A DNA stretch of 64,000 nucleotides from Asterias rubens. Lineage: Eukaryota. The position numbers and the translations under genes are program-made. The notes under the pieces were generated by a model. It had not been told where the DNA came from, did not search any database, and worked only from the letters and a program-made list of their open reading frames with translations. The DNA lies in assembly GCF_902459465.1 (NCBI RefSeq), contig NC_047072.1, positions 16,554,001-16,618,000 of the forward strand, in the 5' to 3' direction. Positions 34,516-47,700 of this stretch are shown piece after piece (positions within the stretch are counted from its first letter, which is position 1; every line of letters starts with the position of its first letter).

Positions 34516-36349
34516 TTAAACAGGTGAGATTTATGCCCCCAAATTTAAATCTGAGAAGCGTTACCGCGGTAACGTTTATCAGATTGTGTATTTCTATTAG
34601 GGAACATTCTGCGTTGACAAAATTCACTTCGGATTGTCGACGGTATCTGAAAAACGCGACAATCTTTTAAAATAATTGTGTTCACATGTTAGTTTAAATT
34701 TAGACATCTACAAGTATAGGTTAAACCAATGGAACCTTTATACTATGCTTTTAAGGCTTTGGAATGCATGTCGTTACCCTTTAACAAATGCAAACGTGTA
34801 TATTATGGCAATACCACCCATTGTCCCTAAAATTGCTTAACTGTTTCCAAGTTACTCGAGGTATGTGCACGTATATCTAATTAAAGGGAGTAAGCCGTTC
34901 AAATACTTTTCCCCTTTTAGTATAACTTTATTAACAACAGTCAAAGTTCAATAATGCTGAACTTAAACATTACTGTAGTTACCTAAATCTATATTGCCCT
35001 TCCTTTGTGCAGTTTTTTCTAATGTTTTTGCTAACTACATTAAATCGTTTAGCCGCATTAAGCATTCCCTCGTTGATAGACATGGGTCCAACTTTATAGA
35101 GCACAACAATTTGCTTAGCATTGATAAAGACAGGATAAAGACAAAATTTGTATTTGTTGTATATTTCTTGTTACATGGTATTCAGCTGTTGTTTGCTTAT
35201 CCTGATAATCACGAGGAAATTTGGTTGGTAATCCTGTTTTCATCAAGGAAGACATTTCCTGCTAAGCAAGTATTTGTGCTTAGCAGCTCTATGAAATTTT
35301 GCCAGCTACAGCCATTACATGATGCAATTCTATTATCTGAAACTTCGGAGGAATACCACTTCCTTCCTCTTTCATTGAGCGCTTTCTAACCTTAGAAAAA
35401 GGTGCTATATAAATGGTATTATTATTATTTATTATTGCTGATTTGAAAGAAAAAAAATCTTTCAATTTCGCTGGAGTACTCTAAAAGGATGTGTGTTGGG
35501 TGTGTTTGAAATATAAATGACTTCACTTTGTGTTACGATTACCTCATTTATTCTCAAGAGACGATACTAGTGGTAGCTATCTCTAAAGATGGCGAACATT
35601 GACATGAATCAGACTGTATAATGGAGAACAATGATGATAAAGTGACTGATGGTGCTACTAATTTCCATGGAAGTCTGTCTCCAGTTTGTCGCTGAGGGCT
35701 TTAAGAGCTGCCTCAGAGTGGATGGGTTATAGAGTCAAGTCTACATCTTGAACTACTCAGCACTCCTTATTAACTCGGTCGTCCATGCTGTTTAACCATC
35801 CAACAAATGTACAAGTACAGAAGGAGTTGACATGTCCGTTCAGTTTAATTAGATTGGTGTTGACTAGGATGCAAGTCTAATCGGCAACCATCGGTTGAGA
35901 CTCACAGTGTAAAGGGGATAACCTACTCTAGAAACAACAACGACTTCGTGTTGAGTCAGATGCTGAATCACTTTAACCGTTTACCTTTAACCTTTGACCT
36001 CGCACTGACCCGAAGTTATTTGGGATTCAGATCCGGGCATTTTCTGACTGAAAACAATGGATACCAAGTTCATGGGAAAACTGTGAAAAGAACGTCACAC
36101 TATGTTGTCCAATATAATTACATTGTTTTAAATAACAATGTGTAATTCGATTCAATGTGACGTGCTTTAAATCCCCGTGTATTTGAATTTTGTATTTCAT
36201 TCGATTCAGCCAAAGAAAACAAATCTCTAGTGTGCATATTGAGCTCATGGCGATGGAACATGGTGTGCATGCATGAATACAATGCTTTTCTGGGCAACAT
36301 AAAACAAAACTAAACAAACATTATTAATAAATGTATGAAGATATTTGGC

Positions 36350-36900
36350 AATGCGAAATAATCAATCAATAAATTGTTGTTTTAACACTTACAAAACGTA
36401 CCACCCATTGAGGAGGTATTGGCACATCAATTATTGTAATTGGGTCCAATACTCAACTTCACTAACATGACTTCAACAATCAATTATGAAGTTATTAATT
36501 ATACTTCATTAAGTGAATTTCTTGTAATCAACCTCAGGTTGTTATGATTGCTTTGGGTCTAAAACTAAATTTCACGAACTAAAATGATTTACTCAATCGT
36601 TAAACTTATTTATGTACTTGATTAACTTCATTCCTTTCTATCGACATGGGTTCTAAACATAAAAAGGATACTATACATTTGGGAAATGAATATATATTTC
36701 TAATCGATTCAACGCGACGGTCTGCGAATAAATGTTGACATTTTGATTTCCCCACTGGCCTGAGAGGAGTGTATTGAGATACTTTCTCTTCAAACACTTG
36801 GCCATAAATTGACCGAACGTCAAGCAACAACAGTTAATGTGTTTCCATTGATTGTTTCTTGTATGGAGCTGCAGGGCTGAGGCAATTAACTGCATGACGA
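36350..36900 (-). mobile_element. Possible degenerate LINE endonuclease fragment
   Basis: Minus LLLDVRSIYGQ resembles the APE motif LN.RS; later HLFADRR and IID.PIPP segments are weak matches. Confidence 0.3.
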
Positions 36901-38885
36901 GTATGCAACTACACAGCTGGAAGGACCCGATTAGCTGGGCCTGATTGCATAGAGCTGCTTAAGAACAAAAATATGCTAAGCACAACCAGATTGTAGTCAC
37001 CACCGATTTTCTACCTTCCGCTGTGTAGTAGTTAAAAGCAGGACAGTTCTTTTCAGAACTGGGAAGTCTCCCGGAAAATCTACTCCGCGGTTGTAGAATA
37101 TTTAGCAAGACAGTTTTCTAAAGAACAAACTCTACCTGGCAAGTAGATACACACATGGTGTTACCGAAAACCAAATTATATAACTAAATACAATATTTTG
37201 CTTACCAGAATAAGGTTACCAGCCAATCTACCATGTCACATGTACCATTTGTGATTGGTATCCTGCTAATTTCTGCTTAGTGGAGAGTTGTTAAGCAATA
37301 TTTTTGCCAGATCCGAATGAAAGAGAATTGAATGTTACTCCGTAGACCCCCTATGATTTATTGTCCCGGTTTAGCATTGTATACTTATTCTTAGTTCATT
37401 TCTGCCATGCCTTTGTTTTGGGGTTTCCATCAAATTTGCAAAATGCATTTTCGATTGTAATTTGTTTCTATTGTATATTATGTTTTGGACTGTGAATTAT
37501 GTCGCAATTCAGAGATGACATAAAATAAATAAACTACAAAGAAGATAATAATTGGCGAAAACAATTACCTCTTGCAACAGTAAATCATTTGATCTACAGT
37601 GTAATGCCCATTAACAAATTATATTAATTTAATATTTATTGTGTCTATAAACTAAAACTGACTAGGTAAATTTTAATTAGTTGTGGGTTGAACGAAGGCA
37701 AAATTACTATTTACTATCAGTCTGACCGTTAATCTAAATCAATGTTAGTTTTAGGCTGTGTTTGTCGTCGCACCCTTTGTCCGTATAAGTGGTTAGTTCT
37801 AATTAATAAAAATGAGTAATAAGTAGTAATACAAGTGGAAAACGTGGTATTTGAAGATGAACATTTGGTGACAGAAATATGTTTTTATTAAATCTAGTTC
37901 TCGCCTTCGCGCACCATGCTGAGTCAAGCACTTTAACAGTATCTAGCAACAGAGTACAGCATTCTCCTAAAGATGACCAAAGCATACTGATTGAAAGGTT
38001 CCTCAAACACAGGTTCTTTTTAGAACCAACACTACTCAAAAGGTGTTACCGCAAACCTTTATTAGTTATTCTTCCACCATGCAAACGTTTCAAATACTAC
38101 CTGGAAGTATCTATAATTGTAATGCATTATTCAAATATTACACTTTTAATGTACTATTTGAATGCTGTACATTAGAAAACACAATTCACGAGACGAACAA
38201 ATAAATGGACCAAATAAAATTGAATTAAATATGTAAGTATCAATTGAATTGCGACAATTGTTAATAATAATAGGCTTGCACCAGTATGTCCGCGTCTTGT
38301 GAAGAATCTCATACTAAAGTCAGTATGGTATTAATGGATTCCCTATGACGTCATTGACCACCATCTTTGATAAAAACCAATGAGAAAGTGCGCGCGTGTA
38401 TGCGCTGCACACGACTCTCAGCCAGCGAAAGGCTTCATGGGTGCACGTTTCATCGAATATGGCTGCTAATACCATTGGCTTCGGCAATGGCTGAGGCTGA
38501 ACCGCTGAACACACACATTCTTCCACATACTTCAACATTGTTCTTGCAGCTTGAAGCCAAAGCCGTAGAGACGTTTAATTAAAGATGGCGGCCAATTCAT
38601 GTGGTCTATTACATGCCTTCATTACGAATTCATGATGCATTCGTAATGTACTTGTTCTTCGTGACATTGGTTTATGACGCCGGAGATAACACCGGAGATA
38701 ATAGATGTTCAATAATTTACATCCGGGATAAAGAATGTTTTTTTTTTCTTTCTTTTGAGTGGAGCTCTAGGAATCCGTTTAAACACCGATGTATGTTAGC
38801 ATTGTCTACGCCTACTAGTACTTTCCCAAGTCCCGTTATTTTTCTTCACAAATCAGTAAACCATACTGACAAACATCGGTGTAGG

Positions 38886-39183
38886 CTAAAGAGTTGAATC
38901 CAACACTTGCATGAGTTCGGTGAGTGACTACACTTTGAAAGTGTTGAATCCAGCATTTTATATGTTAAATCCAGCATTTCAAAGTATCCAACATTTCAGC
39001 AGAATTTTTTTGAGAAATGTTGAAATAACACTTAAATTGTTGAATTAACAACCCTTTTTGCGTTACATCAAAAACTTAAAATGTTAGATTTAACAAACAA
39101 AATGCTGGATTCAACACTTTCAAAGAGTAGTCACTCACCGAAATCATGCAAGTGTTGGATTCAACTCTTTAGTTTTTAGAGTG
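38886..39183. mobile_element. Palindromic MITE ending in ...TTTTTAGAGTG (CMC/EnSpm-like terminus), left tip eroded
   Basis: Inverted arms of about 70 bp: ctaaagagttgaatccaacacttgcatga..aagtgttgaatccagcattt and its reverse complement. Confidence 0.7.
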
Positions 39184-39854
39184 TATGGGTCAAAACCAAA
39201 ATTAATAATTCCTTGGACGGTGAAATAACCCAGATTTATACCAGCAGGCATTTCAATAAGCCCACTGAAAGCTCCAGAAAGTCCAACGACCTTGCAATAC
39301 ACTACACCTTTCAACGAAAACACAAGTAATATTGATTTAGTGTAAACCCAATCCACTTAAGTGTCACCATACACCATAATGCCATAAAGTGCACAACTTC
39401 TCTAATGGGAACTCTAGACGCAATACGACATTTTAACGACACTTTAACCCAATCAAATTAAAAACCTTTCTGTTCTCCGATGTTATTAATAAAATTGAAA
39501 TCCCACAAGATCAGATGTATCTCTTCTTGCAGATTACATCGTGGATAAGTTAGGATTTACCATCAGTAAAAAGATATTAGTCACAATCTGTCGTTTGATC
39601 TTTCAACGTCTATAAGCTCTTTTATCATGACTTCTGTGTCTTTGGCGGTTGTATGTTAATATCACATAGTCTACATCACAGGAGCGTCCTGGCTTAAAGA
39701 GTTTAAAACGGCTTGATACAAGACCACCGCCCGGTCTTATTGAGTGCCAACAAACGGCTTGATACAAGACCACGAATCAATACGATGTTGATATGAAGCA
39801 AAAAACTAACTTCCTGGGGTCTACTTGATACTGCAGGGGTGATCAATGTTTAAA

Positions 39855-40215
39855 AGGGACTTGACACTATTGGCAATTACTCAAAATACATCTGCATATC
39901 AAACTAAACTTGGTAACGAGCAATGGAGAGCTGCTGATAGTATAACTCATTTTGAGAAACGGCTCCCTCTGAAGTATATTTTTTGAAAAAGAGGTTATAT
40001 CTCATTAAAACATTTTAAATTGAGAACTTCAGGCCTGAAGTCTTTCTCCGGACTCTGAAAGCGCACAACAAGGGTGTATTCTTTCATTACTTCCTTGCAA
40101 CTTCGTTAACCAATTGAGCCTAAATTTTCACAGATTTGTTATGTTATGCATTTGATGGAATACAGCAAGTTAGTGAGAATATTGGTCCTTGAAGATATCC
40201 AAACGTCCCATGCCT
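39855..40215 (-). mobile_element. Kolobok-type MITE, family B
   Basis: Reverse-oriented body, gacactattggcaattactc at the left end, tgcct-TTAA at the right. Confidence 0.75.
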
Positions 40216-41746
40216 TTAAGTACTTGCCAAGATTCTCAAAAATCACTGTTACTGAGCAACAACTCAAAGGAAGGTTAAGCATGCTCGTCAATCTGAATTG
40301 ATTTTCTGCGCAAGTCTGCGATCGATTGTAAACAGATTAATTTTTTTTGCTGAAAAGTTAATAGGCCTTATATCTTTTGCTAAAAACATGATATTAAATG
40401 TACCAAACCAAACAATTGGCATTTGCAATTTACTGGCGCCTCACTGAGTGCATGTATCTAAAGACTTCACTAAAAAGGTCGCTTAACAGCCAGTCAGTTT
40501 AGTGATGCGCATGAAGTTAAAAGGTATTTCGAGAAGCGGAAAAAAGGTCGCTAAAAAAGCCCGTTAGTTTACTGATGTGATGCGTATAAAGTAAAAGGGT
40601 ATTTGAAAAATTAAAATTTTTGCCAGAAATTCAATTCAACATAATTGTTATTCTCATTTTTAGCAAAACATTATATTTACCTGTGAGTGTTTGCAAAATA
40701 AAATATTATATTTATTTATGGGGAGAGGGATTCACTTTTCGGTCAATACTCTCTAACGAATGCAAAGAAATTGACTACCATTCTCTTGAAGACAAGCACG
40801 TTATACTGTTCGAAACGTCGAGACTAAACCGCCTCTTTTCGGAGCCAAAACTCCCTGCCACACAACAGGTTGTTTATACATTACCCACAAGTTTATACAT
40901 TTCTAGTTACCTCTGACAACCCTACGTTTGAATTTGCGCGCTTCCCTGATCGTTTATAAAACAGTGTCTAGTTTTGTACCAGTTCCCTGTTGGTGCAGAG
41001 AAGCACTTTAAAATGTCTAGCACCATTACACGGACTTCCTATTCAATATCCTGTTTGTTCCACGATTCTTGTATAATTGTGTTCTTTTCTTTGTACAACT
41101 ACAGATGAGACAACATTTGTCACCAACAGTGCCAGTAGCAACACCATACAAACGTGATCTCACGCTAGTAATTTAGTTCGTTTATTTGCCACTATTCAAT
41201 CGGTGGGTTGTGGCACCGACAGTTGAGTAAATAAAAACGAAGTACCACGTCATGGAGAGAGCACTTTGCAACGAGCTATCAGTCAAACCATTGGTTGAAC
41301 TCCCCTCCCCGGCTGTAGTGCAACTTGGCAGTAGCGCAACTTAGCACAGTACTGGGACAACCAAGTTGACTTCGAGCAAGTTTGCCAGTAATACACCAAT
41401 CGTAGTGCGCACATTTTCCTTTGGTGATAGCCTTGCAAAATGAATGTGGATTTTTGATTTTCTCTCGAAATAATCTAAGCCTCGTGTTTTACGAAACAAT
41501 CTTTGGTACTTCAAGAAGAAAACATCGAAGTATTTCCAGCGACATTCATTAAGGACTGATGACAAGAGCAAGTTCCGGTTCGTGAGATGTAGCGTCGAGG
41601 AAAGTTAGACTTTGACCCTGAAGATGTTATATTAGATTCCTGACACACAGAAAGGGGTAAGTCATTTGCTGCAAGACGTCGTACAGTACAAATTGCTACC
41701 ACAATATGCTTAAAATATTTCACAATGTTTAATACAATCAAAGAAG

Positions 41747-44700
41747 ATGAAGTCAAGTTTCTTTAATCGTTTGAGACAATCTCCTAAAACCTTATATATC
41801 TCAACTTCACTGAGACGTCTTCAAGTGTTTCTGCTTATTTGTGTCTTAACTTGCCTGCTCGGTCCAGTCAAAGGTACTGAACTTACAACTCAAACATCAG
41901 ATATTCATCAAATTCTCCAAGGCGTAACGAATACACCACCGGGTCTGGAAGATGCTTCGGAGTCTAGCTTCTCAAGAAAAGGAGAATTTTATCTTGGAGG
42001 ACTTTTTGATATTCACTTGGAGCAGGATGGAGTTTGCAAAGCGATAAATCCAAGGGGTTTGCAGTGGATGTATGCAATGGTGTATGCGATCGAACTTATT
42101 AATGCACGGCAGGATTTGCTTCCCAATATAACACTAGGTAAGTATACAAACAGTAAGAACTACTTCTGTATTATTGTGGACTTTTTGTGTGTGATTTCAG
42201 GCCTGTGTATGCTTCGTTTTTTGAAAGGACAAGGGCACCAAGGCAATTTATCCTTGGTAAAGTAAAGGGAACACTGTAAGGAAATTGCAATATATGTGTA
42301 CCCTTTCTGAAAATTGTAAATATCGGAGAGTACCTTTAAATCATAGGTACAGTAACGGAGACAATCTGGTATTGTTCTGCCCGTTGTTTTTAATGAAGCA
42401 CTATTGTGCGCCCTTTCTGAAAGTTATACATATCTGTGAGTACCTGTATTCATCGTACACTACCAGAGACAATGGGGCATTGTGTTGCTATTGACTCTCA
42501 TACAGGTAGAGTATAGATTATGAACCATTGATTTCCCCCACCCCCTCCTACGCGATTCGCTCCGTTGCTTCTGAGATTGTTCAAGTGTCAATAACATAGA
42601 AGGGATCTTTTTATTTGTTCGATTGGGTTTTACGAAAGGACATGTTGAATAAGGCATGAGGTTGCTGTTTGGTTATTATATTAAATAAGAGAATCTACAC
42701 ACGTAGGCCGCGGAGGAAGGGGCCTATACCTCTGCCAAAGTATAGCCCTATACAACGTGTATGACATGGGTTTGGAACAGTGCATGTACAAAATGCATGT
42801 ACAATTTTGTAAACTACTATGTGATTTTGCTTTTGTTACCTTTCTATGCACTATGCTTCTCTATGAAATTGGGCCCAGGTCATAGAGCCAATCGCCTTCG
42901 TTGCCTACGTGAAGTATCAGGCCGGTATTGTTTGACTCCGAACATGAAGTCAACTGAAAACCCCGCAATTTAAATGGAAATTTGAGTGAATCGAATATTC
43001 TACTTTTAAAACATCTTCCCAGCCATTGTTTGTCTCCTAACAAAGTGCCGGATCCGAACAATTCTTTTACGAAATGTATACAAAAACCCTAGGCCTACAC
43101 AAACCCTAACCCCAACCCTAACCCCAACCCCCACACCAGCTCAAGCGTGTAGATCATAAAAAAGGTCATCTTTAAGCTTAGGCATGCAGGTACATACTAG
43201 TCACCAATATTACAACAGATGTTTGAGCTCAAACACAAACAAGTATTTGCTGTTTAGTCTCGGAAAGTCACCAGTCTCCACCAAAACTTGAATAGAAACG
43301 AACCAAACGATATGCAGCCAGTCACGTATGCTTGTTTTTTAAAGGGCAAGGGCACCAATTTTTTTTCCATGGTAAAGGGTACGAGGAAGTTGTTAATTTC
43401 TACCGGAATGTTTCAAGGGCACCAAGGCAATGACCAGGGGGCATGGAGGCAATCACCTTCGTTGCCTCCTTGAAGTATCCAGGCATGTATATGTTCAAAA
43501 TACAAATCAATATTTCAGTAAAAGTTCTCTCAACTCGCTTTCTGAAAAAGTCACCGTGTCAAATAAAACAAGCTAAAATTCAGCATAAAGAGCAACATAG
43601 CGGATACACATGTATATTAATCATCATTCGCTGTAAAACATAATTTATGATATAGTGAAACCTATAATAAAAGCTATGCATGGTGTTGACTTGCAATTAG
43701 GGAACTAGTTTGTGGTTACACCTTGTCATCAATCTCTCTTGAGCTTAGCTATGTCGGTTTATTTGTAAACACAATTAGATCAAGAACAATCCATAGTCAT
43801 TTTCTTTAAAAGATAATATTCTTAAAACAAACATTGCATTCTGTGTGTTTTGAGTTCTCTAGTTCCTCTGAAAAATTAGGGCGGGAGGCCGAAGAAAAGT
43901 AAGATGGGAAAGAAAATTTAATAACATGGAAGTGGGTTAAATGTTTCAAGTCATACCTCACATGGAAACTGTGTAAAAATATCACTTTATTTGATAATGT
44001 TTAAGAGCGAAATGTTAAATATAACGTCACCGAAGAGCAAAAAACAAACTGGTTTGTAAATCACCCAAGAAGGAAATTCTGCGGCAGGCATCAAGCTCAA
44101 ATTAAATTTTGTTTTGATTTAATATCACCAGAATTCAGGATTGAAGTATTACATTTTCGATTCGTTTTTAGGATATCACAAAAGAGTAAACCCAAATGGT
44201 TTCAAATACAGTGGCATACTGCGCCATTTACACTTGAGATACACATTTCTAGTTTCCCTCCCCTTTTTACAAACACTAATCGGAAAATGAATGAATCTCT
44301 AAAATGAGTTTGACCTTTACTTTATCGGGTATTTTTGCCAAGATTATAGCTATTACCCCAAAGTCAACTCTTACTATAATGCAAGCAGCTCATTATTACA
44401 AAAGCCAGTGTAATTATTACAGTCAATAATTCATGAAAGTACCTATCAAACAATGGACTGGCAGAGTCAAGGTCATTATGAAATACTTATGCCTTCTTAA
44501 TTATTAATCCAGTAACGGTTGTGGGGGATGTTTATGTTTCTTTTGAATAGTCTTCCTGTGCATATTCGCCAAGCTAATACTTTACAATGTTTTAAGTTCC
44601 TGTTGAAAACTCATTTGTTTAAAGCTTCTTTTTTGTAATTTGCCTATTTATATCTTGTATCTTTCTCTAATTGTTTATTTTATTGTTTCTTTTATGCGCT

Positions 44701-44749
44701 TAGAGGCTTTTGCATTAGGCGCTTTACAAATGTCTTATTATTATTATTA

Positions 44750-44787
<38 letters not shown>

Positions 44788-47700
44788 TGCACATATCTTG
44801 AATAGGGAATGAGCATCATTGTTTGTTGTTTGCTTGGTTGTTTGTTTGTGGGGGGTTGCATGGATGTATGATTCGTTTTTGCTTGACAATGCAAGTGCAC
44901 CAAGGCATTTTCTCCTAGGTTAAGGGCACCCTATGAGGAAAGTGTACAATTTATGCGAGACGTGTGAACTGGAAGTAAAATGAACACATGTGACCTTAGT
45001 GTTATAGTTGTCGAGACGCACACGTGTAGCAACTCTGTTAACACTTTTTGATCGCAAGATCCAATTTCTTCTCACTTCAGTCCAGTTCTTGACCAAATGC
45101 CCTCTTTGTTTCTATGAAAGGGTGAGAGATTCACCACCAACCCTCAGAAGTAATTTCACAAAATTGTAGGTGTTGCTTTTTTTTATAGACGCGCTTTGGA
45201 TTGAATACTACTAGAGCCGATTACACATTACATCCATCTCAAGATGACCCTTCAGTGTTACTGTAGTGGTTTTAATTCTGAAATCACCATGGATCAATCT
45301 TAGTTGTTGTGAAATCGAGCTCATAGCTCATCCTTAAAGGCACTGGGCACCTTTGATAATTGTCAAAGACCAGTATTCTCACTTCGTGTATCCCAACATA
45401 TGCAACATACATTAATAACAAATCTGTGCAAATTTGGACTCAATTGGTCATTGCGATTGGTCATCGCAGTTGCACAAAATACGTGTTTGCTTTCAGAAGC
45501 CATTAAAAGGCTTCAGGCCTAAAGTATTTTTATTTGTGTGAGAAATTACTCCAGAGGGAGCCGTTTCTCACAATGTTTTTTACTATCAAAAACTCTCCGT
45601 TGCTTGTTACCAAGAAAGTGTATATGCTATTACACAATATTGTATTGATTCAGACCTAATACTTCACGAAGGCAACGGATGTGATTGCCCCCATGCCCCC
45701 TGGTCATTGCCCTGGTGATCGGCCCCAGTAGAAATTCCAAATTCCTCTTAGGGTGCCCTTTACCAAGGAGGAAATGTCTTGGTGCCCTTGCCCTTTCAAA
45801 CAACGAAGCATACATGCCTGTTGATTGATTAACCAATGGTGTCCAGTGCCTTTAAAAAAAAAGATAAATTTCCAAATCGGTCTGCAATAAATATTCACCG
45901 GCTCAGCCGACTTTTAAATATATGAGACTGTGCACCTCTGACAAATGGATTTACGAAAAAGCGATTCGTTCACACTACATGTAGTCAATATCAATAGTTT
46001 GTCATTATGATTGATTTGTCGCCAAAGGCTGACTAACAATTGAAAGCACTCGTGATAACTCAACGATCCCACAAATAAACAAGGTGTTCAATTCAGTAAC
46101 ACGTGCATTCACACCCGGCCCAGATCCATACAATATAACCCGATGAAAAATCAATCATAGTGTCCGATATCATGTAGCTTGCAAGACTGAATACTAAATG
46201 TCGTGGGGTAAAGAGTTAAGACTTGTCTTATCAAGGGTTGGAACGAGTTACCCGTCCTAACTTAGGACAACTTCTAAAGAGTCTCATGTCCTAACTTGGG
46301 ACTACCCTGCAGCCATTTTCACCAAACGCTATAGGATTAATCCTATCTCGAGTTAGGATGAGTAAATTATCCTAACTTAGAGGGTGTTTTCAATGCATTC
46401 AACGTGTTCGGTAACAGAACGTAAGTCGTCTTAAGTCCTAAGATTAATCTTAAGTTAGGAAGTTATATGACTAGTCCTAACAAAGGACTACCCTTAGCTC
46501 ATTAAGAGTTAAACAATTCTCCTGAAGACGAGCAGAGTATTCTAATTGAAACGTCGAGACCAAACTGGCTCTTTTCAGAGCCAACACTCCCGCAAGTTTA
46601 CTATTATTATTAGTTTATTCGTATTCTTCCTAATACCTTGCAAAGCTTCAAACATCACTTCACAAAGTTTGCTTATTGCAAATCTTGGGCTTTACACTTT
46701 ATGGTAACTTTCCAACTTGAGTACCGGAACAAATAAAATCAAATTTCAGAAAGACTCTTTCGATTTGGAATGCACGTAATAATTAAATTAAATTTCCAAC
46801 TTAAAAATTACCGACAGTTCCGTGAGAATACTAATTACTTTGTAATTTCTTTTGGCAGGATCTTGGCGAACAACTATCTTTTAAGTTGATGTTTTGCTTA
46901 GCAATTACACGACAACGAATGAATAATATTGTGTCCACGGTAAACATTCAAACAATTCTGAGCTGATTTAATCAAAGTTATTGGCCGTCGACGCCCGGAA
47001 AAATTATATTGAATTCTAAAAACCCGGATGTTTGTGTTGAAGACATCAGATTTGTAGTTTAATAAAAGCCATATTAATTTTGTCAAGCATCCTTTTTTTT
47101 TTTTTATATATATTTGTAAAGACTACGAGCTTCGATGTTAATTTGTAAAATTCTATCCATATCAATTGTATACAGGCCTCGATGAAGCTATGATTTGCTT
47201 TGTTTAAAGGCAGTGGACACTATTGGGTTACTCAAAATAATTATTGGCATAAAACCTTACTTGGTAACGAGTAATGGGGACAGGTTGATAGTATAAAACA
47301 TAGTGGGAAACGGCTCCCTCTGAAGTGACATTGTTTTGGAGGAAGAAGTAATTTTCCACGAATTTGATTTCGAGACCTCAAGTTTAGAACTTGAGGAAAT
47401 CGAAATCAAGCATCTGAAAGCACACAACTTCGTGTGACAAGGGTGTTTTTTTCTTTCATTATTATCTCGCAACTCCGACGACCGATCGCTGAAATTTTCA
47501 CAGGTTTGTTATTTTATGCATATGTTGAAATACACCAAGTGAGAAGTATGGTCTTTGACAATTACCAATAGTGTCCACTGTCTTTAAGTGTCTATAGTCG
47601 GGAACCTGTTTGACATCATGTAGCCTAAAGTGTTGAGCTTCAGTATTATTTTAATATTTTCGCTTACAATATACGGTGTCAGGACACTTCGTACCTTGGA

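Noticed and set aside
34994-35389. 131-aa ORF
   Set aside because: No splice context or motif, and it ends in a LINE-type tail.
35580-35960. AAGATGGCG-initiated, coding-looking segment
   Set aside because: All frames are interrupted by stops and no motif was recognised; probably a decayed transposon.
43101-43131. Telomere-like CCCTAA/CCCCAA repeats
   Set aside because: Only about five degenerate units; common in repeat ends and not evidence of a chromosome fusion.
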